A stretch of 64,000 nt of DNA from Phaeosaccion multiseriatum (GCA_965112735.1 OZ218952.1:1364001-1428000); one strand, 5' to 3'; shown: positions 27,329 to 40,500, counted from the stretch's first letter. The notes: a model not told the origin generated them from the letters alone. Made by a program: numbers and translations.

Positions 27329-27791
27329 AGCGTGGGACGGGAGGAGGGGCGAGGGCGAGATCACAGGAGAGGAGAGGAGGGGCAGGACATCTTTGTGGCG
27401 CCACCACAGAAGGCAAGGGATTGCAGTAACCACAGGGGGTGTGCAACGGGTTTGATAGTCCCACTCAGGAAACCTCAGTGAGTGAGTGAATGGGTGAGTG
27501 GGTGAATGAGGGAGTAATGAAGAGGGGTTGTGCTAACGTGTAAGGCCATCCGTATCCACTCCCTTTAACCCTGTATTTATAATAGTTTTGGAGCGATGAG
27601 GGACTACTGTCTCTATGACCTCTATCCACCTCCACACGCCTCTGATTCATGTACACGCCGGTGATCCATCTGTCACTCCTCTGAGGGCTTTGTTTCGTCT
27701 GCTGCGAGAGGGCTGCGGCCTCTCTAGCCGAAGGAGGAGGAGGGTCTGAAAAAGAGGGGCTCAAGCTGCCAATGCATCCCTCAGTCCCTCC

Positions 27792-27824
<33 letters not shown>

Positions 27825-28011
27825 TGTGGGGAAGGCCACTCCCAGTATCTCAGAGATGTGCAGAAATGTTCTTGCGCTACTTGTGACGTCCAAAGGCTAC
27901 TGGCTAAGCCGTCACCGCCTCTTCGATAATGCTCTCTCGCTCAGATCGATACTGCTCACGCCCGACTCAAGTTGTGGGGAGAGAGAGACCAGCCGTGCTT
28001 CCTTCCGCCGC

Positions 28012-28593
28012 CTACCGCCAGCTTGGTCCCGTCTCCCCGATGACTACCTTCAGAACCGCCAACGGGCCCGCGGCCAGGCCCTCCAGCACAGGCCGGAGGG
28101 TACTAACGTCCTCCTTCCGGCTGGCCAGGAACCCTCCCACCACGGCACTCAGTAAGTGCACACCTACAAGTACTCCAAAGGCCTGCCGAGCGAGCGCCTC
28201 GGTGTCTGTGGAAATGTAGCCCATCCTGGACCAGTCACCGGAGAAGCCAGCGTCCGCACACATGAGGAAACAGAGGACTGAACATACTTGGAGGCCCGTG
28301 ATGACTTTCCCCACAGTTGAAAGCCCTCCTGCTTCGCTGCCATCCCCCCCGTTATCTTCGTCTCCCGCTCCTCGTCCTGCAGTCAGTCGTACTAAAGATA
28401 CTGCTACATGCTGTAGGTCCTGCGGCCGGGTCCGAGACAGGCTGGCGAAGGAGTCTCTTGATGATGGAGAAGGGGGGGAGGAGCGCAAAGAAAGCCTCGC
28501 TCCTACTTTGGGTGTCGCATTGAGGACAAACGCTTGGCTATGTGAAGCCAAAAGAGTGACAGCAATCCATATAGAGAATCTCATCTGGACCAT
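28012..28593 (-). CDS. Small intronless plastid-targeted membrane protein of unknown function (DAGFSGDWSR motif)
   Basis: ATG 28593 or 28584. Signal peptide MRFSIWIAVTLLASHSQA-F, Ser/Arg-rich transit peptide, then hydrophobic segments and DAGFSGDWSRMGYIS, which I recall as conserved in uncharacterised plant/algal chloroplast proteins. Confidence 0.7.
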   Translation of the reverse strand: MVQMRFSIWIAVTLLASHSQAFVLNATPKVGARLSLRSSPPSPSSRDSFASLSRTRPQDLQHVAVSLVRLTAGRGAGDEDNGGDGSEAGGLSTVGKVITGLQVCSVLCFLMCADAGFSGDWSRMGYISTDTEALARQAFGVLVGVHLLSAVVGGFLASRKEDVSTLRPVLEGLAAGPLAVLKVVIGETGPSWR

Positions 28594-28905
28594 GAAGCAC
28601 AAAGGGAGACCACCTGCCGCCTGACGGATAGATACGATCCCGCCGAAAGCAGAGCTGTTGGTGGTCCATGCCAAGGGTTGGCGAGTGCTGCTCCTCCTCG
28701 CTGCGTAACACAAACTCTGTTCCCCCCCTTCTTCCTCCCCAAGCCCTTACCTCTAACCAAAGACCTCCATCTGTTCGGGGCTGAAGGAGGGCCGCTCACA
28801 GTAGAGGGGGCATGGGGAGGAACGGCTGCAGGGGGAGCCCGGCAGCAGTAGAAGGCTGCCCACAATAGTCCCCCCCGACCTTGCAACAAGCGTCTGCGGC
28901 CAGCA

Positions 28906-29825
28906 ATGGCATCCTACGGGCTTGCCTTCCTGAAAAGGGAGCACCGAATTGACGACACCCGAAGAGGCGGGCGGGCTCTCCCCTCCTCCCTCTCCTGGCT
29001 GGGTGGAGGCAGTGCAGGGTCGGCCAGCGGAGCCTATTCCTCTTCCCTTGGCGCCGACCAGCTCCCCTCCAAGGTGGTGGTCAAGTCCGACATTGAGAAG
29101 CAGCACGATGTCGTTACCTTTCTCCTCCACCGCACAGGCAGAGCAGCGGTAAGTGCCTGTCGTCGTACGTACAATCGCGCACTGTTGACCTTCCCCTCCT
29201 GCCGCTGCGGCTGCCATTAGATCCAACATTAGATCCAAATACAGCCGCACTTGCTCACTTTGATCGTCCCCGAAGGGGAGGCTAACTCTGACTCTGATGA
29301 CTCTGCTGATTTGGCTCGTCTGCTCTGCCGCTCGCTCTTCCCTTCCCTTGTTGAACAGGCCACTTCCGCTGAGGTGGAGGCGAACACAGGGGTGGACCTG
29401 GACGGGGCCGATGTTGCCGTCAAGGCCATGCTCGATCAAAACCCCAAAGTAGAGATCAAGAACGATGGTGAGGGTTGTACGTAGTCTTGTGGTCTGTAGC
29501 TGGGCTGAAGTGAAGGGAGGGGAATATGCAGAGAGGGGAGCAAAGGGCGTGGATGGAGTCCCTCCCGGGGGAGATGCATGGGGCAAAGTTCAGGGGGGCT
29601 CTCCCTCTCTGCACAGTGTGCATAAACCCTTCGCTCAGCACTCCCTTCTTGTCCTTCCTTCTTCTTCCTTCTTCTCCTCCTCCTTTCATCCTCTCCCTGC
29701 TGCTGGTGGGACCGTTCTCCCCTTTCCCCACCACCGCCTCCCCTGTCGTGACCTGCCCCGCCCTCATCTCTACTTTCCCCCTTCTCTCGGGGGCGAAATG
29801 TGTATATATATACATGTGTGCCCGA

Positions 29826-29858
<33 letters not shown>

Positions 29859-30254
29859 TGTCCCACCAAAAGACAACCCGTCGGTGCCCACCCTCTACAT
29901 GTACTACGCCAAGTACAATGTGAACGACCGCCGTGAACTGCGGGCCCTCGTGAACCGCTGCAAGAACGGCATCTCCGCCACCGAACTGCACGACACTTAC
30001 GATGAAGTGCTGCAAGACATTGAAGACATGCAGAGGGCGGGAGAGGCTATTTGTATCGAGAACAAGGAGACGAGGCAGCTCATCCTCTACCCGAGGGGCC
30101 CCAAGTTCCTGACCAAGGTAAGGGAGGGGTGACATGGGGGGTGGAGGTGGAGGAAGAGATCATCATTGTGCCACGAGGAGTTGATGTTGTTGTTTCGTCT
30201 TCCTCTTCCTGCCTCCCACTCTCCAGCCTTTTTTTCATCGTCTCTCCTCTTAAA

Positions 30255-30298
<44 letters not shown>

Positions 30299-31048
30299 TC
30301 CTTTTTCCTTGGCCATCACCGACCCGCTGCTTCCTCTGCTGCTGTCTCTCTGCTTCTCCTGCTACTGCAGCTACAAGGATCTGTGAGGGTTGACAGACTC
30401 CCCGACGGCTCCAGCGAGGTCAAAGTGTGTGGCGCCACGGAGGACCTGAGCAAGGACATTTGCAGAGGAGAGGCGGTGCGTGAGTGCGTGCGCGCATGCG
30501 GCAACTCAAGCTCATGCTTTTAGGCCTCTTATTACTGCTTTTAATAGCCCGTAACGTCATGGCAGTTATCTTGTATCTGTAGGCAGAGGGGAGAGGGGGA
30601 CGGGGGTTAGGAGGGGACTCGTGTTCTTGTGTGCATCTACTGTTTTCCTCGTCGTGAGGAAGAGAGTTGAAGGCATGGCCGAAATCTCCTCCTCCTCCTC
30701 CTCCTCCTCATACTGATCACTTCTTCAATCCTCCCCCTCCTCCTCCTCCTCCTCCTCCTCCTCATACTCCTACTGATCCCTTCTTCAATCCTCCCCCTCC
30801 TCCTCCTCGTCCTCGTCCTCGTCGTCGCCCTGCTGCTGCTCCTCCTCCCCTTCTCCTCATCCTGCTGCTACACAGGTGCGCATTAGTGACCAGTGGTTCC
30901 GAGTCAGCCGAGAAGAATTAGGAGGGGGATTGAAGAGGTCCGTCCCCCAGACATCGGTGACAAATAGTCTCGAGAAGGTGAGCTGAGCTTGTGTCGAGGC
31001 AGTCCACAGGGCAGGCTTTGGCTTCCCCGGGCTTCGTATGTTTTTAAC

Positions 31049-31108
<60 letters not shown>

Positions 31109-32065
31109 CGTGTGCGTATGTATGTGAATCCGGGACACCGCCATCTCTCTCAGTCTCTCCCTCTTCTTCCGCTTCCTTTCCCTTCCTGTATCTCCCCCCC
31201 CCCCCCCTCTCAATGCGCTCTTCTGGGGTGTCCTTTGTGTGTGGTGCACCACAGGAGGAAGCTCGAGAGAAGCGTGAATACCTCTTCCCGTTCGAGGAGC
31301 AGGACTACGAGGGGGGTGGCAAGATCCTGCCTCTGCACACCCCCTTCGTGTTCAAGGAGGGCGAGCACCTGTGGGAGGGACAGGCAGTGAGGCATGGGGC
31401 CTGCCAAAGTGAGTACGGCCTATGAGACCGAGAGGGTTTAGGGGGGGGGGGGGGGAGTAGGAAGACGCTAGCCAGAGATGCGGCTTCTGCCCGAAGCGGC
31501 AAGGGCAGGGGGAGGGGAAGGACGGGGGAGGAGGGATGCTTTTTTGCTCTTCTCTTTCATCGGTCGACCGGAGCACTTGCACCTGATGCTTGCTCCCTTG
31601 AAGGGGGCATTGCTCTCCATGCCCAGCACGGCCCACAGATCCCTCCACGTGCGCAAACTCACTCTCACCACCCTTCCCTCCCTCCCCCTCCCCCTCTTCC
31701 TCTCTCTCTCCGTCCCTCCCCTCTCCTCCCCCCCCCCCTTCGCAGCTCTGCGTACGCTGTGGAGGGAAACCCGAGAGGAAATCCCCAGCGACGAAGCCAA
31801 GCTTCAAGAACGCCTCCGGACGTGCAAGCTGACGAGCCGCACGGCAGAGACGCACAGGCGTAAGATCAAGAACTTTCACCTCGAGAACAACGGCTTAAGA
31901 GAGACGCAACGGGCCCGGCAGAAGCGCCGCAAGCTCTTACAGAACCCGCGCACCGAGCGTATCACCAACACACACCTGGAGGGGACGGAGATTGGGCGGC
32001 TGCTGGAGGAAGCCAGGCTGAACCCGGACCTTTTCGCGGCGCTGGGCTCTGCGGCGGGGAAGTAA
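28906..32065 (+). CDS. GTF2E2: Transcription initiation factor IIE subunit beta
   Basis: Exons 28906-29148, 29359-29468, 29873-30117, 30371-30475, 30876-30977, 31255-31408, 31746-32065. Winged-helix motifs L..NPKVEI, Y.Y.AKYNV.DR.EL, GI...EL.DTY, ILYPR, LW...P.D, and a basic C-terminus with RITNTHL. Confidence 0.8.
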
Positions 32066-32240
32066 TGGGGGGTGGGGACGGGAACAGCCTGGGAGGGCGG
32101 GTGGTTTTGAGTTTGAGTTTGGGAGTTTGGCATTGTGGGCCGCACACCCACCCATGTTGGATGTTGGAGCGCTGAGGGCTTACGGAGGCACACACTCCCT
32201 GAGCAGGAGGGGAGAGCAACAAGCCTGCCGTTCTCGACGG

Positions 32241-32340
32241 GGGAAATGACCTCTCCATCTCCCCCCTTGTTGTGCGAGGAGGGAGGGAGGGAAATGACCT
32301 CTCCATCTCCCCCCTTGTTGTGCGAGGAGGGAGGGAGGGA
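32241..32340. repeat. 48-bp tandem duplication in TFIIE-beta 3' region
   Basis: gggaaatgacctctccatct...gagggaggga at 32241 and 32289. Confidence 0.9.
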
Positions 32341-33435
32341 CAAGGAGGTTGGTGGCTTCGGGAATGGCTGAACAACCAGTAGTCATCGCTTTGCTGAGCA
32401 GAGGGGCTTCTTTCGAGCAGAGAGGGGCGCGGCGAGACTGGATGCATGAGTTTCAGTCCACCGTCTCATCGTGGGCTTCAACACATGCGAACAAGCCCAA
32501 TTATCTTTCGGTGGGTTGGAGGGCTGTTGGTTGAGTCACATCGGCGAACGAAGGGCACCAACGTGCTATGGTCTGCTGTAGTAACACTGCTTATCAAGGG
32601 AAGGCGCGCACCTAGTTCAATAAGACTCCTGGCCTACAGCCTCGGTTTGTGTGCAGGCACCACCGCAAGATGCACACCTCCTCCTCGTCAAATCATCGCT
32701 CGGACGACGAGCGTATGGAGGACAGAGCAGCGCCTTGAGGCTAGGCAATCACTCACTCACGCACGCACCCCCACACTCTCTCGCCCGCGCTCCCACAGTG
32801 CCTCCCACGCTCACTCGTCGGTCACATTCCGACACACACGCGCGCACTCTCTCACTATCATGCACGCACCCGCGCACACCCTCACTCACCCACTCACTCA
32901 TGGTACACGCGTGTGTGCGTGAGATAAGTTAACCTCCTCGAATAATGTGTGCCCTTACACTGGTAGGGTCCTGGCGGCCTATTATTTTTTCTTTTTATGT
33001 TGTCCTGCCCTTCTTTTTAGCTCGCATGTGCTTCTGAGTAGTGTGTGTGTTGTTACCGAACGCCACTACGTCTAGGCGGCAAGGCGGGGATGTTGTAGAA
33101 ATGGTGCTCTTGCTTCAGAGCTGAGCCCAGCCGGGTACGGTGACCCGAGACATCATCACGCACGAGGGTCATGTTGCAGACGCTGCGGTACAAAGAGACG
33201 AACGAGCTTGGTTTGAGTTGTGAATCACTTCCCCTGTATTTACTTAAGTTAAACGCTGTCGGCCAAGGCCATAGATAAGACTTGTATACAAAAGGGTATC
33301 AAAAAACTATCTCCATGGCAGCTAAGTCCTGCTGCCTGGGATACACGAACACTTTGCTACTTGCTTGCTCCCTCCCCCTCTGAATCACGCGAGAAATGCG
33401 ACGGACACGGGAAACTACGTCATCAGCCTCGCGGC

Positions 33436-34237
33436 TTAAGCACAGTCCGAAGAGTAGCTGGTGAGGCCCGATGAAGGGCAGAAGATGATGGTCTCCGGGG
33501 TGAAGTCGGGGTAGGTAACCATGCCTGCCGCGGCGCCCTCGCACGTCATCCAGCAGCCTCGGCACACCTGGCCCATGCCGAGGTAGTTGCACAGCAGGCC
33601 AGACTCCCCCGACAGGCAGCTCTCGTCGTAGAAGACGCTCTTGTCGAAGCCTTGGAGCAGCATGAGGGCGGTCTCGGCGTCCATCCCGCAGTCCGTGTCC
33701 TCCACCTGGGGCTCCTCTGCCGGTCCACCTCCTTCTCCGACCATCAGCTCGCAGGCCTGCCACTCGCCCTTGCCGCAGAATCTGCAGTCCATGCCCGCGC
33801 CGTGGGCGTTGCATCCGAGGCCTCCGTACTCAGAGCACGTGGGGTCCATGTAGCACGGCGCCTGCAGAGAAGGAGGTGTGTGTGTAGGTGTGGCAAAGCG
33901 GAAAGGATGGGAGAAAGACGCAGAAGACAAAGGCGCTAGAGTGAGCGCGGGGCTTTGAAGTACCTTTGTGCCAAGCAATCCAATGCGGGCGGAGAACAAC
34001 AGCCCACGGCCGCCATGAAAGGGAGAAGGACACCACACTGCTGTGACTCACCGCGTCGGAGCACTGGTCGGAGCACATAGCTCCCCCCAACACGACGGGG
34101 TTGACTGATCCAGGCGAAGGGGCCAAGCTGGCGAACGGGGCGAAGGCAGGCGCCGCCGTCTCAAGCTGCGCAGAAGCCACGCCGGCGGAGAGCAGTGCAG
34201 TGGCGATGGAGGCGATGAAGGACGTAGTAGGAGACAT
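33436..34237 (-). CDS. Secreted cysteine-rich protein, copy A
   Basis: Exons 34237-34052 and 33861-33436 (GT-AG, phase 0). Signal peptide MSPTTSFIASIATALLSAGVASA. Two Cys-rich modules: CY.DPTC...GGLGCNA.G.G.DCRFCG...W..C and YDESC..G..GL.CN..G.G..CR.C. Confidence 0.85.
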
Positions 34238-34573
34238 CTTTTTGTTGTTCTGGCCGCTGGTGCTGTTGCTGATGGTATGTGTGATTGTGGCCAGGTGGCC
34301 TGAGAAGCAGGGTGAGAGTAATCTGTCATTTCTTCTAGCGCCGATGTTAAACTAGCGCCAAAATCGATGCAAAATCGGCAAAAGTAAAAGGCAGTGTGGG
34401 GTGGGCCCTAGTAAGTCACGGAAAGCCCCTCGCCCTCTCCTCTTCCCCTCTCCTTTCCCCTTTCCCTTCAAAACTTACACCGACCGCAGCAGCAGTGAGT
34501 ACCGTAGAGAGAAACGGGGACTAGTTGGTTTTGCTCTGAAGCCGGCTGGGTTTCCACTTGACCGGCCGGGGAA
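34238..34573. promoter_or_regulatory. Probable bidirectional promoter between Cys-rich copy A and the FHA-WDR70 gene
   Basis: Head-to-head ATGs 336 bp apart; no motif-level evidence. Confidence 0.5.
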
Positions 34574-37500
34574 ATGGATATGCCCCCTCCGCCCGCCCCC
34601 GCCGGAGGAGGGGGAGGAGGAGGCGGTGGGGCGATGCTCCCGCCGCCGGCACTCCCGAAGGGCGGCAAGGGTGGGGGCGAGAGTCGAATCCAAGCAGCCC
34701 CAGCTCCGTCGCTCACCAAGAGCAGCAGTGGCACCGAGATGGACATGGCTTCGCTGGGTTTGCCCATGGAGTGGGCGGAGCCCCAGGGGCCTGCGGCGGA
34801 GCTGTGCCTCGCCGTGCAGAAGGACGGCATGACAATGGCAGTAATTGGCCTGGAGAGGGCCGTGACGCTCATGGGGAGGAACTCCAAGATGGCGCACGAG
34901 GTGCTGGAGCACGAGTCTATTAGCAGGTAAAGGTGCAGGTGGAGGCAAGGGGGGGGGGGGGGCAGCAGGGCTGGCGCCGGCCCCCTCACTCCCACACTCC
35001 CTCCAATGCCGATACCTACAGCACTTTCTCCAATGCCATACTCACACACAACCCCTCACCCCTCCACCCCCCTCATGCTCGCTGACTGGTCCATTCCATC
35101 TCCTTCCCCTCCCTTCCTTCTCTGTACATGATCCGCTCCTGCTCTTCCTCCTCAGGCGCCATATGGCTCTCATACACGGAAAGGGCGAGGACGGAGGTCT
35201 GTGGGTAGTGGACTTGGGGTCGGCAAATGGAACGTTCGTGGACGGAGAGAAGCTTCCCAAGAAGGAGCCCCGAAGGCTGGAGGTGGGGGATGAGCTGTCG
35301 GTGGGCGAGAGCTCCCGGGCGTACCTGGTCTGTAGTGGGAGCAGCAGTAGTAGCATCAACAGCAGTAGTCGGAAGGGAAAGATAGCAGGCAAAGCAGTCG
35401 GTGCACCCCCATTATTATCGTCTTCATCTTCGTCTACTTCAGCAGCGGCAGCAGCAGCAGCAGCAGCAGTACCACCAAATAGAGGTGCGGAAGGAATAGC
35501 AAGCGTGAAGGCCGGGCAGGGGGCAAGGGGGGGGGGCAAGGCGGACAAGAAGAGACAAAAGGAGGAGGCGGATGCGTCGAGGAAAGCTCGGGAGGCGGAG
35601 ATTGCGGCCATCACGTCGAGTATGATGTCGACGGCACCTACTTACACCAAATTCAACCCCAAGACCAATAAAGAGCCTGCCGGCGATGATGATGATGATG
35701 ATGATAATGATGATGGCATTGAGCGGAGTTCGGGCGGGGGGGCAAGGCGTCGAGAGAAGGGAGATGAGTACCGGCAGGGGAGGAAGGACGAGGAGCAGGA
35801 GGAGGAAGAGGAAGAGGAGGCGGAGCAGGAGGAAGAGGAAGACGTGCCACTGACGGCCGAAGACCGCGCCAACATGGAGATCAAGCGCTTGGGTATACCT
35901 GTGAGCCACGAGGTGGTGCTGGGTGGGCACGACAAGTCAGTCACGGCTCTGTCAGGTGAGCGGTTGGGGGGCAGGAGGAAGGCCGCCATGCATCCACCAG
36001 TCCACTCAATCCACTCATTCGACTCCATCCGCCCCCTTCTCAACCCCTCTCCTCTCCTCTCCTTCCCTTCCTTTCCCTTCCCAACTCAACTCAACCCCTT
36101 ACACCCCTCTCCTCTCCTCTCCTTCCCTTCCTTTCCCTTCCCAACTCAACTCAACCCCTTACACCTCTCTCCTCTCCGGGCCCTCAGCCGACCCGGGTGG
36201 TGGGCGCGTGGCCACAGGCGGCAAGGATTACAAAGTGCAAATCTTTGACTTTGGGGGTATGGATCGCAACCATCGCGCCTTTCGTACCGTAGAGGCCCAG
36301 GATGGACATGTGGTTGTGTCGCTGAGCTTCAGCAGTGGGGGGGGGAGGTTCTTGGCGTGTACAGCTTCGGCGACACCGAAGATCTTTAGCCGGGATGGGG
36401 TACAGGAGATGGTCTTTGTAAGGGGTGATCCATACCTTAAGGTAAGGTGGGGAAGGGAAGGGAGAGGTGGGGGTGGGGTGTGGGTGTGGTGGGTGTGTGG
36501 ATGGTGGGTAGGGTGATAGGGGTATGTGGGGGGTGTGGAGGTGTGCGATTTAGAGCGCGAGAGGAGGAACGAGGAAGGGAAGGCGCTGGGGAGGGCGGGT
36601 TCGAGGCCCATCGGAGGAGGGACAGGCCGTGGGCCGCTTGCGCGACAAGTATGGAACAGAAGCTCAACAGAGCACTCCCTGCTACCTGCCTCTCACCACC
36701 GCTGCCCCTGTCTCTGCCCCTGTCCATACGCCCCTGTCCGTCTGACCCCCCCCCCCTCTTTTACCTATATGCCTCTTTTCTGCCCCTCAGGACATGACCA
36801 AAACCAAGGGTCACGTGACGGTGGTGACGAGTGGCGAGTGGCACCCCGACCCCTCGAGCAAGCATATTGTCATGACGAGCTCCATCGATGGCACCGTACG
36901 GCTCTGGGACATCAACGGACCCACCACCTTCGACACGCTCATCAACAAGCAGGTGCGTACGTGTGCTGCGTGTGCTGCGTGTGTGCGTGCATGGGGAAAA
37001 CAACGAAAGAAAAGAACCTCATGTTCCCTTCCGTTCCTCTCTTTGCTCCGTCTCCACTCCACGCCTCTCGGTATCGGTGTCGCAATTTCGGTATTTACGG
37101 ATGTCAATTCGTTTCAGGTCCTGAAACTGCGCAGCAAGCGCAACCTCAAAACGGGGTGCGTGTGTGCCTCCTTCAACCCCACGGGAGACCGCATCGCCGC
37201 CGGAGACGACGAAGGAGGCATTCATCTGCTCCAACCCCGACAGTCCCACAAGCAGGCACAAGTGGTCAGAGATGCACACTCCTGCTCCGGCGGTGGGGAC
37301 ATTACGGCTATGGCGTTTCATACCGACGGGCACTTGCTTGCGTCAAGGGCGATGGATGACACGGTCAAGCTGTGGGACCTTAGAAAGTTCGCCAAGCCCG
37401 TCAAGGTGAGCTTTGTGTGTGTGAGTGTGAGTTTCCTACTTGTATCGAATATCGATCCGCCGAAGCGACCCGAAGACCATTATGTATGCGTATACATCTC

Positions 37501-40500
37501 GATTCATTGCTTCCTGCGTCTGTTCTGTGCCAATCTGCCTGCCTGCCCGCCCTTTACCTCCGCTTATCTGCCCATATGCTTCTACCCTGCCCATATGCCT
37601 ACCCATTTGTCTTCTCCCCTCCCCTCTAGGTCTTGGGCGGGATCTCCACGATGCACGCCACTGCAAATATGGCCTTCAGCCCGAACGACAGCCGCACCCT
37701 GGTAGTGGGTACCAACGTGCATCCCAAGTCAGAGGACCCCGCCATGCTCAACTTCTATGACGTGTACGGGCCTGACGTCACTCCCACACTGCAGGTACGT
37801 GTGTGTGTTGTGTGGCTCTCTCTCACTCTCTCCCTCTCTCCTCTCCCTCTCCCTCTCCCCCTCCCTTGCCCCTCTCTCTTCTCTTTCTCTCTCCCCCTTT
37901 CTCTCTCTTCCTCTCTCCCCCCCTTGTCCTCTCTCTCTCACCCTCCTTCTCTCTCCCTCTCTCGTCCCCTCTCCCCCCTTCTCTCTCTCTGTGTGTGTGT
38001 ATATGTCCACCCGTCTGTCGCCCACCATACCCATACAACTCCCCCCCCTTTTCCAACAGATTGGCGGCGCCACAGGCGGTAGCAGCATCATCCGCGTACT
38101 GTGGCACCCCAAGATCAATCAGATCGTGACCTCCACCTCTGCGGGGCAGTGTAAGGTGTTCTACGACCCCAACATGAGCACTAAGGGCGCTTTGCTCTCC
38201 TCCACGCGCAAGAAGAAGAGACAGAGCGTGGTGCAGGACCAAGCCTCGGGGGGAGGTGCGTGTGTACGTGTGTGTCTATGTGTGTACGTGTGTGTCTATG
38301 TGTGTACGTGTGTGTCTATGTGTGTACGTGTGTGTCTATGTGTGTACGTATGTGTCTATGTGTGTACGTGTGTGTCTATGTGTGTACGTGTGTGTCTATG
38401 TACTTGTGTGTCTATGTGTGTACGTATGTGTCTATGTGTGTACGTGTGTGTCTATGTGTGTACGTGTGTGTCTATGTGTGTACGTGTGTGTCTATGTGTG
38501 TACGTGTGTGTCTATGTGTGTACGTGTGTGTCTATGTGTGTACGTGTGTGTCTATGTGTGTACGTATGTGTCTATGTGTGTACGTGTGTGTCTATGTGTG
38601 TACGTGTGTGTCTATGTACTTGTGTGTCTATGTGTGTACGTATGTGTCTATGTGTGTACGTGTGTGTCTATGTGTGTACGTGTGTGTCTATGTGTGTACG
38701 TGTGTGTCTATGTGTGTACGTGTGTGTCTATGTGTGTACGTGTGTGTCTATGTGTGTACGTGTGTGTCTATGTGTGTACGTATGTGTCTATGTGTGTGTG
38801 TGTCTATGTGTGTACGTGTGTGTATATGTGTGTACGTGTGTGTCTATGTGTGTACGTGTGTGTCTATGTGTGTACGTGTGTGTCTATGTGTGTACGTATG
38901 TGTCTATGTGTGTACGTGTGTGTCTATGTGTGTACGTGTGTGTCTATGTGTGTACGTGTGTGTCTATGTGTGTACGTATGTGTCTATGTGTGTACGTGTG
39001 TGTTTATGTGTGTACGTGTGTGTCTATGTGTGTACGTGTGTGTCTATGTGTGTACGTATGTGTCTATGTGTGTACGTATGTGTCTATGTGTGTACGTGTG
39101 TGTCTATGTGTGTACGTGTGTGTCTATGTGTGTACGTGTGTGTCTATGTGTGTACGTGTGTGTCTATGTGTGTACGTGTGTGTCTATGTGTGTACGTGTG
39201 TGTCTATGTGTGTACGTATGTGTCTATGTGTGTACGTGTGTGTCTATGTGTGTACGTGTGTGTCTATGTGTGTACGTGTGTGTCTATGTGTGTACGTATG
39301 TGTCTATGTGTGTACGTGTGTGTCTATGTGTGTACTTGTGTGTCTATGTGTGTACGTGTGTGTCTATGTGTGTACGTGTGTGTCTATGTGTGTACGTGTG
39401 TGTCTATGTGTGTACGTGTGTGTCTATGTGTGTACGTGTGTGTCTATGTGTGTACGTGTGTGTCTATGTGTGTACGTATGTGTCTATGTGTGTACGTGTG
39501 TGTCTATGTGTGTACGTGTGTGTCTATGTGTGTACTTGTGTGTCTATGTGTGTACGTATGTGTCTATGTGTGTACGTGTGTGTCTATGTGTGTACGTGTG
39601 TGTCTATGTGTGTACGTGTGTGTCTATGTGTGTACGTGTGTGTCTATGTGTGTACGTGTGTGTCTATGTGTGTACGTGTGTGTCTATGTGTGTACGTGTG
39701 TGTCTATGTGTGTACGTGTGTGTCTATGTGTGTACGTGTGTGTCTATGTGTGTACGTGTGTGTCTATGTGTGTACGTGTGTGTCTATGTGTGTACGTGTG
39801 TGTCTATGTGTGTACTTGTGTGTCTATGTGTGTACGTGTGTGTCTATGTGTGTACGTGTGTGTCTATGTGTGTACGTGTGTGTCTATGTGTGTACGTATG
39901 TGTCTATGTGTGTGTGTGTCTATGTGTGTACGTGTGTGTATATGTGTGTACGTGTGTGTCTATGTGTGTACGTGTGTGTCTATGTGTGTACGTGTGTGTC
40001 TATGTGTGTACGTATGTGTCTATGTGTGTACGTGTGTGTCTATGTGTGTACGTGTGTGTCTATGTGTGTACGTGTGTGTCTATGTGTGTACGTATGTGTC
40101 TATGTGTGTACGTGTGTGTTTATGTGTGTACGTGTGTGTCTATGTGTGTACGTGTGTGTCTATGTGTGTACGTATGTGTCTATGTGTGTACGTGTGTGTC
40201 TATGTGTGTACGTGTGTGTCTATGTGTGTACGTGTGTGTCTATGTGTGTACGTGTGTGTCTATGTGTGTACGTGTGTGTCTATGTGTGTACGTGTGTGTC
40301 TATGTGTGTACGTATGTGTCTATGTGTGTACGTGTGTGTCTATGTGTGTACGTGTGTGTCTATGTGTGTACGTGTGTGTCTATGTGTGTACGTATGTGTC
40401 TATGTGTGTACGTGTGTGTCTATGTGTGTACTTGTGTGTCTATGTGTGTACGTGTGTGTCTATGTGTGTACGTGTGTGTCTATGTGTGTACGTGTGTGTC

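Larger units (their letters stand above)
32351..34653 (+). repeat. Segmental direct repeat, copy 1 (about 2.3 kb; partner 50796..53116)
   Basis: Near-identical from ggtggcttcgggaatggctg to ccgccgccggcact, with scattered SNPs and small indels. Confidence 0.95.
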
